Counted from the first letter of the stretch, positions 6,412 to 15,703 are shown. The stretch: 32,000 nucleotides of DNA from Mucisphaera calidilacus (GCF_007748075.1 NZ_CP036280.1:3450001-3482000); one strand, 5' to 3'. Numbers and translations: made by a program. The notes: generated by a model not told the origin, from the letters alone.

Positions 6412-7971
6412 TTATTGGGGGAGTTCGAGGATGACCTTGTCGCTGGCGATGCCGAGTTCGTCGACGACGAAGGTGACGACGGCCTCGACGCCGAGGTTGG
6501 GGATGTCGGTCATGTCCTTGTCGGTGGCGGGCATGTTGGCGAGGCCCATGCGTGAGATGGCGGGGAGGATGGTGTTTTCCCAGTTGCCGTCGCGTTTGAC
6601 CTGGATGACCCACCAGCGAGCGTTTTCGAGGGATCGGTGTCCTGCGACGACGCGGATGCCGTCGTCGGCGATGATGTTGACGGTGGCGGTAGGAGCCTGG
6701 GGTTGTGTGCCGTCGGAGAGCCACGGGCTGGCGGGGACGAGTGCGGGTTTGGCGTAGACGGTGTTGGCGAGGTTTTCGCGGAGTTCGGGGTTTTTGGTGA
6801 CGGACTTGGCGGAGAAGTGGACGTGTCCGTCGGCGCCCTCGATGTGCCGGATCCACTGGATCTGGTAGTTGATTTCGTTCTCGTCGAACTGGTTGCCGGT
6901 GCGGTAGGTTCCGAGTCCGGGCCAGAGGTTTCGTCCGGTGGGGTTCTGCTCGGACCACCAGTTCAGGAGTGCGACGAAGCTCTGCTGGGGTTTGGCGATT
7001 TCCCAGTAGAGTTGGGGCGTGTAGTAGTCGACCCAGCCTTCGACGAGCCACTTGCGTGCGTCGGCGTAGAGTCCTTCGTACTGGTTGAAGCCCTGGATCT
7101 GTTCGGGATGACCGGGTTTCCAGATGCCGAAGGGGCTGATGCCGAAGCGGACCTTGGGGGATTGCTCTTTGAGTTGTGTGTAGAAGCGTTGGATGAAGTC
7201 GTCGACGGCGGCGCGTCGGAAGTCGCTGATGCCGAGGGTTCCGCCTGCGTCGGTGTAGGCCTTGTAGGTTTGGGCGTCGGGGAAGTCGACGATCTGGCCG
7301 TCGTCGCCTCGGACCTGGTAGGGGTAGAAGTAGTCGTCGATGTGGATGCCATCGACGTCGTAGCGTTTGGCGACGTCGAGGAAGACGTCGAGCGAGCGTT
7401 GTTTAACTTTTTCTTCGGCGGGGTTCATCCAGCGGTAGACGCCATACTGCGGGACGATGTCGGGGTCGGTGACGGCGATGTGGTCGTCGGTGAGGGGTGA
7501 TTTCTGGTTGGGGTGGAGGGCTCGGTAGGGGTTGAACCATGCGTGGAGTTCGAGTCCGCGTTTGTGGGCTTCGGCGCAGGCGAACTTGAGGGGGTCGTAG
7601 TAGGGTTCGGGTGCTTTGCCCTGTTCGCCTGTGAGGTAGTGCGACCAGGGTTCGAGGGGTGAGTCGTAGAGCGCGTCGGCGTGGGGTCGCACCTGGAAGA
7701 CGACGGCGTTCATGTTGAGTGCGGCGAATTCGTCGAGGTATTCGATGAGTTCGGCTTTTTGTTGTTCGACGGGGAGGCCGGGTTTTGAGGGCCAGTCGAT
7801 GTTGGCGACGGTGGCGATCCAGGCGGCGCGGAATTCGCGGGGCACTTCGGGGACGCCGAGTTCTTTGAGCGCGGCGTCGTGGGTGCTGAGTTCGTCGGTC
7901 GGCGCGGTGGAGCAGCCGAGCGGGAGTGCGGCGATGAGGGTGAGGGCGAGGAGGGTGGCGAGGTGTCGCAT
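6412..7971 (-). CDS. Glycoside-hydrolase-like family 10 (GHL10/DUF187) lipoprotein, paralog 2
   Basis: ORF 6412..8130 trimmed to ATG 7969-7971 (MRHLATLLALTLIAALPLGC lipobox). FRAAWIATVANIDWPSKPGL, MNAVVFQVRPHADALY and LELHAWFNPYRA are classic GHL10 motifs. Confidence 0.88.
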   Translation of the reverse strand: MRHLATLLALTLIAALPLGCSTAPTDELSTHDAALKELGVPEVPREFRAAWIATVANIDWPSKPGLPVEQQKAELIEYLDEFAALNMNAVVFQVRPHADALYDSPLEPWSHYLTGEQGKAPEPYYDPLKFACAEAHKRGLELHAWFNPYRALHPNQKSPLTDDHIAVTDPDIVPQYGVYRWMNPAEEKVKQRSLDVFLDVAKRYDVDGIHIDDYFYPYQVRGDDGQIVDFPDAQTYKAYTDAGGTLGISDFRRAAVDDFIQRFYTQLKEQSPKVRFGISPFGIWKPGHPEQIQGFNQYEGLYADARKWLVEGWVDYYTPQLYWEIAKPQQSFVALLNWWSEQNPTGRNLWPGLGTYRTGNQFDENEINYQIQWIRHIEGADGHVHFSAKSVTKNPELRENLANTVYAKPALVPASPWLSDGTQPQAPTATVNIIADDGIRVVAGHRSLENARWWVIQVKRDGNWENTILPAISRMGLANMPATDKDMTDIPNLGVEAVVTFVVDELGIASDKVILELPQ

Positions 7972-8012
7972 GGAGAGTTCCTCTGATTGTTTCAGAACCG
8001 ATAGAAGAACCA

Positions 8013-8020
8013 TAAGAATA
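8013..8020 (-). promoter_or_regulatory. Candidate -10-like element (minus strand reads GGTATTCTTAT) 41 nt upstream of the GHL10 paralog-2 ATG
   Basis: TAAGAATA on the + strand, the third copy of the recurrent motif. Confidence 0.3.
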
Positions 8021-8099
8021 CCAGAGAGGCCGTCGGGTGTGTCGGCGTGTGGTTCGACAAGGGGGGTTGGGGTGTCCATGATGGCGGCTGGAGTTTGTG

Positions 8100-9470
8100 A
8101 TGCTGGAATACATCGCGGGTTTTCGGCCATCGGCTCAGCCGCTGATGACGCGGCCGACGTACGAGCGTGAGTTGTGGACGGCGATGGCGATGCCGATCGC
8201 GGTGTCGATGGTCGAGGGCGGCGTGGTGGGGATTCTGGCGAAGAAGGCTTTTGATGTTTCGCCGATCGTTTTCGCGGCGATCCAGGCGGCGCCGATGTTC
8301 GCGAACGTGACGAGTCTGGGTTGGGCGATGCTGGCGCGGGGCAGGCCGAAGGTGCCGTTCATCACGGGGATGATGGTGGTGGTGCTGTTGTGCGTGGCGG
8401 GGATCGCGTTGTTGCCGACGGGTGGCGTGTTGGGTTCGTGGTTGCTGGCGTTGCTGGTGATCGCGTCTCGGTGTCTGCTGGCGGGTGTGGTGACGCTCCG
8501 GAGCGTGGTGTGGCGGAACAATTATCCGCGTCACGTTCGGGCGCAGATCACGGGTCGTTTGTCGCTGGTGGTGAGTCTGGTGGTGGCGGTGGCGCCGGTG
8601 GTGGGGTACGGCTTTCTGGATCGCGGGCCGGAGAACTTCCGGATTCTGTATCCGGTGGCGGCGTTGCTGGCGGTGGTGGGTGTGGTGTCGTTTTCGCGGG
8701 TGCGTTTGCGTCAGGAGGCGAGTCTGCTGGCGTACGAGAATCGGTCTGATGTGGAGCCGGTGCCGAAGGGTGAGACGGGCGCGGTGTATGAGTATGAGGC
8801 GTTGCCACGGGACACGTTCTGGTCGGTGTTGCGGAAGGACGGTGCGTTTCGGACGTACATGTTCTGGCAGTTCATCGCGGGGATGTCGATGATGTCGGGC
8901 GAGACGGTGGTGGTGTACGTGATTGCGGAGCAGACGGCGGGCTGGTCGTATGAGTATCTGCTGTCGGTGTTGTTGTCGACGTCGGTGCCGATGCTGGTGG
9001 CGGTGGCGTTGATGCCGACGTGGGCGCGTTATCTGGATCGGGTGCACATCGCGAAGTTCCGGACGCGTCAGGGCTGGTTCTGGGCGTTGGCTCAGGGATT
9101 GAATCTGATGGGCGCGTTGCTGGGTTCGTTGTCGCTGATCGGTTTGGCGCGTGCGGTGATCGGGATGGTTCGTGCGGGTGGGATGCTGGCGTGGAACCTG
9201 GGTCACAATGATTTTGCGGACCGTCGGCTGGTGTCGATTTACATGGGGATCCACGTGACGCTGACGGGTGTGCGTGGCGCGATTGCGCCGTTCCTGGGGA
9301 TTCTGCTTTATGCGGGGTGGTCGGAGCGTGATTTGGGGGGTGGCGTGGTGCTGCCGGGGTTCGAGGGATTGGGGAGTTGGTTTTTTGCGGTGTCGTTGGG
9401 ATTGGCGGTGCTGGCGTGGGCGGGTTTTGCCCGGATGGCGCGGGAGGCTGAGTCGGTGGCGGGGTCATGA
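8100..9470 (+). CDS. MFS-type multi-pass membrane transporter
   Basis: The 457-aa ORF (GTG 8097 / ATG 8100) has about 12 hydrophobic segments and short Arg-rich loops (WRNNYPRHVRAQITGR, WARYLDRVH) in an MFS-like layout. The substrate is unknown. Confidence 0.7.
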   Translation: MLEYIAGFRPSAQPLMTRPTYERELWTAMAMPIAVSMVEGGVVGILAKKAFDVSPIVFAAIQAAPMFANVTSLGWAMLARGRPKVPFITGMMVVVLLCVAGIALLPTGGVLGSWLLALLVIASRCLLAGVVTLRSVVWRNNYPRHVRAQITGRLSLVVSLVVAVAPVVGYGFLDRGPENFRILYPVAALLAVVGVVSFSRVRLRQEASLLAYENRSDVEPVPKGETGAVYEYEALPRDTFWSVLRKDGAFRTYMFWQFIAGMSMMSGETVVVYVIAEQTAGWSYEYLLSVLLSTSVPMLVAVALMPTWARYLDRVHIAKFRTRQGWFWALAQGLNLMGALLGSLSLIGLARAVIGMVRAGGMLAWNLGHNDFADRRLVSIYMGIHVTLTGVRGAIAPFLGILLYAGWSERDLGGGVVLPGFEGLGSWFFAVSLGLAVLAWAGFARMAREAESVAGS

Positions 9471-10091
9471 GGGGTTGATGGCGAGGTGGGCGAGGAATTC
9501 GAGGTTGTTGCCCTTGCCGCCTCGGACGGGTGAGGGGATGAGGTCTTTGAGTTGGATCTGGTCGTTGGCGAGCGTTTCTGCGACGTCGTGGCTGATGCGT
9601 TGGGCTTCGGCGTCGGAGAGTTGGTGTTGTCCGGATTCGTAGTGGGGTTTGATGAGGGGGATGATGGTGGTGGGCTGGTCGTGTCGCAACCATTGGAGCG
9701 CGGCGGGGAGGGCTTTGTTGAGTTTGGTCCAGCCGAGGTCGATGGTGACGAGGTGCACGCCTTGGAAGTCGTCGAAGAGCTTGGCGGTTTTGGGTCGGTG
9801 GTGGGGTCCGTTGGGGTCGAGGTGGAGCGCGTTTTGTCGTTCGAGGGTGATGACGTTGGGGTGTTGTCGGAGTTTCCAGGCGAGTTCGCCATAGGCGGTA
9901 TCGACGGCGTAGACGCGTGCGGCTTGGCGTTGGATGAGGCAGTCGGTGAATCCGCCGGTGGAGCAGCCGAGGTCGGCGCAGGCGAGTCCGGCGACGTCGA
10001 TGTTGAAGGCGGTGAGGGCGGCTTCGAGTTTGGCGCCGGCGCGGGAGACGAATCCGCCGGAGGATTCTGAAGGGGTGGATTCGCTGGTCAT
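9465..10091 (-). CDS. TlyA-like / FtsJ-fold rRNA 2'-O-methyltransferase lacking the N-terminal S4 domain
   Basis: FVSRAGAKLEAAL...ADLGCSTGGFTDCLIQRQAARVYAVD (SAM motif I)...LVTIDLGWT...LIKPHYE...RGGKGNLEFL matches the TlyA methyltransferase core. Confidence 0.75.
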   Translation of the reverse strand: MTSESTPSESSGGFVSRAGAKLEAALTAFNIDVAGLACADLGCSTGGFTDCLIQRQAARVYAVDTAYGELAWKLRQHPNVITLERQNALHLDPNGPHHRPKTAKLFDDFQGVHLVTIDLGWTKLNKALPAALQWLRHDQPTTIIPLIKPHYESGQHQLSDAEAQRISHDVAETLANDQIQLKDLIPSPVRGGKGNNLEFLAHLAINPS

Positions 10092-10100
10092 GCCTTTATC

Positions 10101-10643
10101 ATGGTAGGGATGATGCAGCGGATTTGTGTGGTTGGGCCTTGCGGGTCAGGCAAGAGTTGGCTGGCGTCTCGTCTGGGCGAGCGTCTGGGTTTGCCGGTGG
10201 TGCACATGGATCGGCTGTACTGGAAGCCGGGTTGGGTGGAGGGGACGCAGGAGGAGCTTCGTGCGAAGCTGGAGGAGGTGGTGGCGGGGGAGCGTTGGGT
10301 GATTGACGGGAATTATGCGGGGACGCTTGGGATGCGGCTGGCGCGAGCGGACGCGGTGGTGTGGCTGGACTACGGGAGGTGGGTGTATCGGCGGCGGTTG
10401 TTGTGGCGTCAGGTGGCGGGTCGTTTTCGGGGTCGGCCGGACATGGCGGAGGGGTGTCGGGAGACGTTTGATCCGGAGTTCTTGAGGTACGCGTGGGATT
10501 TCGAGAAGACGGGTGGTGTTGCGCTGCGTGAGGCGTTGGCGGGTGTTCCGGCGGGTGTTGAGGTGTTGCGTTTTCGTCGGCCGGGTGAGGCGGCGGGGTG
10601 GTTGGGGGAGGGTCAGAAGTTCAGGCCGGCGCCGAGGGCGTAG
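10101..10643 (+). CDS. P-loop NTPase, adenylate-kinase-like / topology-modulation (FlaR-like) protein
   Basis: The Walker A motif RICVVGPCGSGKSWLA is followed by VHMDRLYWKPGW...WVIDGNY, typical of this small kinase family. The start may be ATG 10110 or 10113 (MQRI). The C-terminal 31 nt overlaps the convergent OMP gene. Confidence 0.75.
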   Translation: MVGMMQRICVVGPCGSGKSWLASRLGERLGLPVVHMDRLYWKPGWVEGTQEELRAKLEEVVAGERWVIDGNYAGTLGMRLARADAVVWLDYGRWVYRRRLLWRQVAGRFRGRPDMAEGCRETFDPEFLRYAWDFEKTGGVALREALAGVPAGVEVLRFRRPGEAAGWLGEGQKFRPAPRA

Positions 10644-11596
10644 CCTTGGGCGTTGTCGCCGATGAGATAGGCGGCGGTGACGGAGATTCCTGCGTTGAGC
10701 GGGAGGATGTCGCGGAGTTCGAGTCCGGTGCCGATCTGGGCGTAGTTGGTGACGCCGAAGAGTTGTCCTTCGATGAAGTTGCGGTATCCGACGAAGGTTC
10801 GCCAGCGCAGCGGCTGGTTGAGGAGGTCGATGCCTGTGGGTCCGGTGAGGTCGGTGCGTAGTGTGAGGATCTGGATTCGGTTGGTGACGTCCTGCGCGGG
10901 GTCGTCGGCGGTGAGGGTATCGGTGAATCGCAGGTCGTAGCGGGCACGACATCGTAGTTCGAGATCGTTTTCGAACGCGTGGTTGTAGTCGAGGCGTGTG
11001 GCGACGCCGAGTCCGGCCGAGATTGCGTTCCAGTTGAAGGCGACGCCGTCGGCGATGGCGGCGGTGACGTTGCGGCCGGGTCCTGAGTAGGTGGTTCGGT
11101 TTTCGAGGTAGGCGAGGTTGGCGTTGGCGATGAGGGCGAGTCGGAGTTCGGGGAGGATTTCGAATTCGGGTCCTGCTCCGACGATGGCGCCGAGTGTGGA
11201 CCATTTGGTTTCGACGCCTGTGGCGAGCGCTGGTGCGGCGCCCTCGTAGATGTCTGAGAAGCTTTGTGTTGCGGAGGCGTAGCCTACGGCGGCTTCGACG
11301 TAGAGGTGAGGAGCGTCCTGGCCAAAGAGGGGGAAGCTGCGTGCGAAGGGTATGGAGAAGGCGGAGATTCGGGTGTCGCTGTCGTCGTTGATCCAGAGTT
11401 GTGTGCCGGTGAGTTCGAGTTCGTCGGAGAGGAGGATCAAGCCGCTGAAGGTCGTGGTGAATTCGGTGTCGGCGAGTCCGTCGGAGAGTTGAGCCCGTAT
11501 CTCGTTGAGTGTTTGAGCGTGGGTGGTGGGGGTGGCCAGCAGTGCTGCTGCGGCTGTGATGATCGCCGGGTAAAGGGGGGTGCGTATGGTGCGCAT
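10613..11596 (-). CDS. Outer-membrane beta-barrel protein (autotransporter-beta-domain-like), secreted
   Basis: ORF 10613..12118 trimmed to ATG 11594-11596. The signal peptide is MRTIRTPLYPAIITAAAALLATPTTHA. It has alternating amphipathic strands and the C-terminal OMP signature ...YALGAGLNF. Confidence 0.75.
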   Translation of the reverse strand: MRTIRTPLYPAIITAAAALLATPTTHAQTLNEIRAQLSDGLADTEFTTTFSGLILLSDELELTGTQLWINDDSDTRISAFSIPFARSFPLFGQDAPHLYVEAAVGYASATQSFSDIYEGAAPALATGVETKWSTLGAIVGAGPEFEILPELRLALIANANLAYLENRTTYSGPGRNVTAAIADGVAFNWNAISAGLGVATRLDYNHAFENDLELRCRARYDLRFTDTLTADDPAQDVTNRIQILTLRTDLTGPTGIDLLNQPLRWRTFVGYRNFIEGQLFGVTNYAQIGTGLELRDILPLNAGISVTAAYLIGDNAQGYALGAGLNF

Positions 11597-11665
11597 GTTC
11601 GATTTTAGGGGGATGGGGGAGATTAACGACAACGTTCGGGGTATTGGCCGTGTCAGCCGGGCATG

Positions 11666-11690
11666 AAAAAACCCCGCGGGGGCGGGGTTT
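11666..11690 (-). terminator. Rho-independent terminator downstream of iscA
   Basis: The minus strand reads AAACCCCGC-CCCC-GCGGGG-TTTTTT (stem 11672-11677/11682-11687, A-run 11666-11671 on +). It is preceded by a second 8-bp hairpin, CACGGACC...GGTCCGTG (11719-11744). Confidence 0.7.
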
Positions 11691-11759
11691 GGCGAGGTGG
11701 TTGGGAGGGCACCATGAGCACGGACCTGCAGGAAAAGGTCCGTGGCACCGTGTTGTGGC

Positions 11760-12092
11760 TTAGGCGGAGAAAGAGGATCCGCAGCCGCAGGAGGAGGTGG
11801 CGTTGGGGTTGTTGAAGACGAAGCCACGTCCCATGACTTCGTCTTTGAAGTCGATGGAGACGCCGTTGAGGTAGAGGTAGGACTTGGGGTCGCAGACGAC
11901 CTTGATGCCGTGCTGGTCGAACTCTTCGTCGGCGTCGCGAGCGGTTTCGGTGAGGTCGAGGAGGTAGGAGAAGCCGGAGCAGCCGCCACCCTTGACGCCG
12001 ACGCGGAGGCGGACCTTCTGGCGGTCGAGTTCCTGCTGGTCGATGATGGTGCTGATCTCGCGTGCGGCGGTTTCGCTGATGGTGATGCCCAT
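11760..12092 (-). CDS. iscA: A-type Fe-S cluster carrier (IscA/ErpA/HesB family)
   Basis: MGITISETAAREI...RVGVKGGGCSGFSY...FVFNNPNATSSCGCGSSF carries the canonical C-X(n)-CGC ligand motif. Confidence 0.92.
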   Translation of the reverse strand: MGITISETAAREISTIIDQQELDRQKVRLRVGVKGGGCSGFSYLLDLTETARDADEEFDQHGIKVVCDPKSYLYLNGVSIDFKDEVMGRGFVFNNPNATSSCGCGSSFSA

Positions 12093-12171
12093 GGGCGTTG
12101 GTCCTTACAAAGGGGCACCGCGGGGGTGCTGTTTTTGAGATTGAGAATAGTTACCGGTTCGTCGGACGGTG

Positions 12172-12198
12172 ATTATAGCGACTGCGAACGCGGGTCAA
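12172..12198 (-). promoter_or_regulatory. Candidate internal sigma70-type promoter for iscA (TTGACC-N15-TATAAT on the minus strand)
   Basis: On the minus strand, TTGACC lies at 12193-12198 and a perfect TATAAT at 12172-12177. The 15-nt spacer is short. A hairpin GCACC-GCGGG-GGTGC (about 12114-12130) lies between it and the iscA ATG. Confidence 0.3.
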
Positions 12199-12218
12199 CA
12201 AGGGGTTGGGTGGGTGTT

Positions 12219-12617
12219 TCAGTCGTCGTGTTCGAGGCCGTTTTTGTGCTCGTAGTCGTGGATGGCGGCCTTGATGGCGTCTTCGGCGAGGACGGAGCAG
12301 TGGATTTTCACGGGCGGGAGGGAGAGTTCCTCGACGATCTGCGTGTTTTTGATGTCCTCGGCCTCGTGGATGGTTTTGCCTTTGAGCCACTCGGTGGCGA
12401 GTGAGGAGGAGGCGATGGCGGACCCGCAGCCGAAGGTCTTGAACTTGGCGTCTTCGATGACGCCTGTGTCGGGGTTGACCTGGATCTGGAGTCGCATGAC
12501 GTCGCCACACTCGGGGGCGCCGACGACGCCTGTGCCGACGGTGGTGGCGTCCTTGTCGAGTGTCCCGACGTTGCGTGGGTTTTCGTAGTGGTCGATGACT
12601 TTTCCGCTGTATGCCAT
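12219..12617 (-). CDS. iscU: Fe-S cluster assembly scaffold IscU
   Basis: MAYSGKVIDHYENPRNVG...GAPECGDVMRLQI...FKTFGCGSAIASSS...LPPVKIHCSVLAEDAI is a full IscU signature with three Cys ligands and LPPVK. Confidence 0.95.
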   Translation of the reverse strand: MAYSGKVIDHYENPRNVGTLDKDATTVGTGVVGAPECGDVMRLQIQVNPDTGVIEDAKFKTFGCGSAIASSSLATEWLKGKTIHEAEDIKNTQIVEELSLPPVKIHCSVLAEDAIKAAIHDYEHKNGLEHDD

Positions 12618-12672
12618 GGTTGGTTTCCTCAGTCTGTGTTTAATCGGTTTCGGTGGTTTTGTATTCCGCGGG

Positions 12673-13893
12673 TCAGTGAGCGCCCCACTGGACGGTGGCG
12701 AGGTCGATGCCTTCTTTGACCATGTCGTAGAGGGGGCTCATGGCGAGCAGGTGGTTGACGGACTTGACGACCTGCTGGACGGTGTAATCGACTTCTTCCT
12801 CGGTGTTGAATCGTCCGAGTCCGAAGCGGATGGAGCTGTGCGCGATCTCGTCGCCTGCGCCGAGTGCCTTGAGGACGTAGCTGGGCTCGAGTGACGCGGA
12901 GGTGCATGCGGAGCCGGAGGAGACGGCGATTTCCTTCATGGCCATCATGAGGGACTCGCCCTCGACGTAGGGGAAGGAGATGTTGGCGGTGTGGGGGAGT
13001 CGTCGGGTCTTGTGGCCGTTGAGGACGGCGGTTTCGATCTGTCCGGTGATGCCGTCGACGAGTCGGTCGCGGAGTGCGGTGAGTCGTTCGGCCTCGGATT
13101 GCATTTCGTTGGCGCAGATCTCGCAGGCGGCGCCGAGACCGACGATGCCGGTGACGTTGAGGGTTCCGGAGCGCATGCCGCGTTCGTGGCCGCCGCCCTC
13201 GATGATGGGAGCGAGCCGGACGCGTGGCTTGCGTCGTCGGACGTAGAGGAATCCGGCGCCCTTGGGTCCGTACATTTTATGTGCGGTGGCGGAGAGGAGG
13301 TCGATGCCGGCGGCTTCGACGTCGGTGGGCATTTTGCCGACCCACTGCGTGGCGTCGGTGTGGAAGAGGACGCCTTTGTCCTTGCAGATCGCGCCGATCT
13401 CGGGGATTTCGTTGGCGGTGCCGACCTCGTTGTTGGCCCACATGACGGAGACGAGGATGGTGTCGTCGCGGATTGCCTCTCGGACCTGTTCGGCGTAGAT
13501 GACGCCATCCTGTCCGGGTTCGAGGAAGGTGACGTCGTAGCCCTCGCGTTGGAGTCGTTTGCAGGGGTCGAGGACGGCCTTGTGTTCGTGGACGGCGGAG
13601 ATGATGTGTTTGCCCTGTTTGGCGTACATGTCCGCGGCGCCCTTGATGGCGATGTTGTTGGACTCGGTGGCGCCGGAGGTCCAGATGATCTCCTTGGGGG
13701 AGGCGTTGATGAGGGAGGCGACCTGCTGTCGTGCCTTGTCGACGGCGTCCTCGGCGGCCCAGCCGAAGCTGTGGTTGCGGCTGGAGGCGTTGCCGAAGTG
13801 CTCGGTGAAGTAGGGGAGCATGGCGTCGAGCACCCTGGGGTCCATGGGTGTGGTCGCGTTGTGGTCCATGTAGATGGGGAGCTTGAGGGTCAT
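12673..13893 (-). CDS. iscS: Cysteine desulfurase IscS (PLP-dependent)
   Basis: [10 protein letters not shown]...SGATESNN...SAVHEHKAV...[10 protein letters not shown]...[21 protein letters not shown] shows the group I desulfurase active-site loop. Confidence 0.95.
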   Translation of the reverse strand: MTLKLPIYMDHNATTPMDPRVLDAMLPYFTEHFGNASSRNHSFGWAAEDAVDKARQQVASLINASPKEIIWTSGATESNNIAIKGAADMYAKQGKHIISAVHEHKAVLDPCKRLQREGYDVTFLEPGQDGVIYAEQVREAIRDDTILVSVMWANNEVGTANEIPEIGAICKDKGVLFHTDATQWVGKMPTDVEAAGIDLLSATAHKMYGPKGAGFLYVRRRKPRVRLAPIIEGGGHERGMRSGTLNVTGIVGLGAACEICANEMQSEAERLTALRDRLVDGITGQIETAVLNGHKTRRLPHTANISFPYVEGESLMMAMKEIAVSSGSACTSASLEPSYVLKALGAGDEIAHSSIRFGLGRFNTEEEVDYTVQQVVKSVNHLLAMSPLYDMVKEGIDLATVQWGAH

Positions 13894-14399
13894 GGTTGTT
13901 TTTCTCGGTTCAGAACGTTGAGGGTTGGCGTTTTGCCGTTGTTAGATGCTAGCGGGGTCGTGGGGATCGGGTCGGGCTTGTCGGTGACGAGGTCGTCGAG
14001 GGTGACCGAGTGGAAGAAGGCTCTCATGCGTCGGTCGAGTCGCTGCATGGGGTTCTCGATGGGGCAGCTGCCATGGTGCCGGCAGGACTTGTTGCGTTCG
14101 TCGGCGTCGTCGCAGCACTGGACGAGGTGGATGGGTCCTTCGAGTGCGGTGAAGACGTCGAGGAGGGTGATGGCGTCGGGTTGTCGTTGGAGGTGGTATC
14201 CGCCTCGTGCCCCGCGTGTGGAGGCGACGATGTCTGCGGCGGCGAGGTCTTTGAGGATGTTCATGAGCAGGGCGAGGGGTAGCTGGTAGGCGTCGGCGAT
14301 GTGCCTGGCGCTGGTGGGTGGCGTGTGCTCGTCGTGGTTGCCGGCGAGGTGGGTGAGGGCAACCAGTGCGTAGTCGGCTTTTTTGGTCAGGCTAAGCAT
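13890..14399 (-). CDS. iscR: Rrf2-family transcriptional regulator (IscR-like)
   Basis: ORF 13890..15170 trimmed to ATG 14397-14399 ([19 protein letters not shown]...). It has a winged HTH and the Cys cluster [18 protein letters not shown]. Its stop overlaps the iscS ATG (ATGA). Confidence 0.88.
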   Translation of the reverse strand: MLSLTKKADYALVALTHLAGNHDEHTPPTSARHIADAYQLPLALLMNILKDLAAADIVASTRGARGGYHLQRQPDAITLLDVFTALEGPIHLVQCCDDADERNKSCRHHGSCPIENPMQRLDRRMRAFFHSVTLDDLVTDKPDPIPTTPLASNNGKTPTLNVLNREKQP

Positions 14400-14419
14400 G
14401 GTGTTGTTTCCCGTTTCGT

Positions 14420-14445
14420 CTGAATAGTAGGACTGATTCAGTGCG
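14420..14445. promoter_or_regulatory. Candidate IscR operator upstream of iscR
   Basis: CTGAATAGTAGGACTGATTCAGTG has outer inverted repeats CTGAAT/ATTCAG and a core GACTGATTCAGT that resembles the GACTRWWWYAGTC core of type-1 IscR sites. It sits 21-46 nt upstream of the iscR ATG. Confidence 0.35.
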
Positions 14446-14576
14446 ATTTCAATGGGTGTCGCTATCCTGTTCGCAGGGGGATGGTGGCGGGTTCGATCTA
14501 TGGGGGAAATCCCGCTATTTTGGTGACGGGACTCTTTAGATGGATGGTTTGGACCCTTGACGAAAGGCCGGTCACG

Positions 14577-15191
14577 ATGTCTCTGTATAAGTCGATGTTG
14601 TTGTTCGGGGCCCCGGGTTCGGGCAAGGGCACGCAGGGTGCGATTCTGGGTCGGATTCCGGGTTTTTATCACTGCTCGTGTGGCGACGTGTTTCGGTCGA
14701 TCGACCTGCACAGCGACCTTGGGAAGGTGTTTTATGAGTATTCGTCGCGGGGCGAGCTGGTGCCTGACGAGGTGACGGTTCAGATGTGGGCGAAGGTGAT
14801 CCACGCGCACTCGGTGTTGAGTCAGTACAAGCCGCACGTGGATCTGCTGATTCTGGACGGGATACCGCGGACGCTGCGCCAGGCGGAGCTGATGGATGAG
14901 CACATCGAGGTGTTGAAGATTGTGCACCTGGAGTGTGACAACGAGGAGGAGATGTTTGACCGGTTGCGCAAGCGTGCGTTGAAGGCGAACCGTCATGACG
15001 ATGCGGATGAGCGTGTGATCCGGAACCGGTGGAAGGTTTACGAGGAGGAGACGGCGCCGGTGCTGGATCATTACCCGTCGGAGAAGATCATTTCGGTGAA
15101 TTCGCTGGGGTCGCCAGCCGAGATCCTGCACGACATTCTGGAGGTCGTGACGCCTATTCAGCAGGAGCACTTTGCGGCATTCAGCGGCTGA
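14577..15191 (+). CDS. adk: Adenylate kinase / nucleoside-monophosphate kinase
   Basis: ORF 14481..15191 trimmed to ATG 14577 (MSLYKSMLLFGAPGSGKGTQG P-loop). LILDGIPRTLRQAE and RHDDADERVIRNRWKVYEEETAPV are present. Confidence 0.85.
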   Translation: MSLYKSMLLFGAPGSGKGTQGAILGRIPGFYHCSCGDVFRSIDLHSDLGKVFYEYSSRGELVPDEVTVQMWAKVIHAHSVLSQYKPHVDLLILDGIPRTLRQAELMDEHIEVLKIVHLECDNEEEMFDRLRKRALKANRHDDADERVIRNRWKVYEEETAPVLDHYPSEKIISVNSLGSPAEILHDILEVVTPIQQEHFAAFSG

Positions 15192-15391
15192 CTGGTGTTG
15201 ATTTTGCGGGGTTTGTGAGGTTTGTGCGGGTCGTGGCGATGAGGCGATGTGTTTCGGGGGTTTGGGTTACTCGATAGGGCCTGCCATTGTTTGGGTGTTT
15301 TCCCTGAGCAGTGATTGCGTTCGCTCTCGGGTGTGTCGATAGGGAAGTTTCCGAGTGACCATGATGTCCTCGAACCGTGGGAGGTATCGAT

Positions 15392-15703
15392 ATGAGTCAG
15401 GTTCCCGAGCCTTTGCTCAGTGAGTTCGCCGACGATCCGGACATGCGTGAACTGGTTGAGATGTTCGTGGAGGAGTTGCCGGGGCGTGTGTCATCGATCG
15501 AGGCGGCTTTGGCGGAGGGTTTGCTGGAGGACCTGGCGCGTCTGTCGCATCAGTTGAAGGGTGCGGCGGGTGGTTATGGGTTTATGCCGATCACGGATGC
15601 GGCGCGTGAGGTCGAGGCGTTGGCGAAGTCCGGCGCCGAGTTGGATGCGTTGCGTGGCGAGGTGGACGCGTTGCTGGGGTTGTGTCGTCGGGCGCAGGCC
15701 TGA
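15392..15703 (+). CDS. Hpt (histidine phosphotransfer) domain protein
   Basis: ATG 15392 is preceded by GGGAGG (15379-15384). The phosphorylatable-His motif is LSHQLKGAAGGYGF. Confidence 0.85.
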   Translation: MSQVPEPLLSEFADDPDMRELVEMFVEELPGRVSSIEAALAEGLLEDLARLSHQLKGAAGGYGFMPITDAAREVEALAKSGAELDALRGEVDALLGLCRRAQA

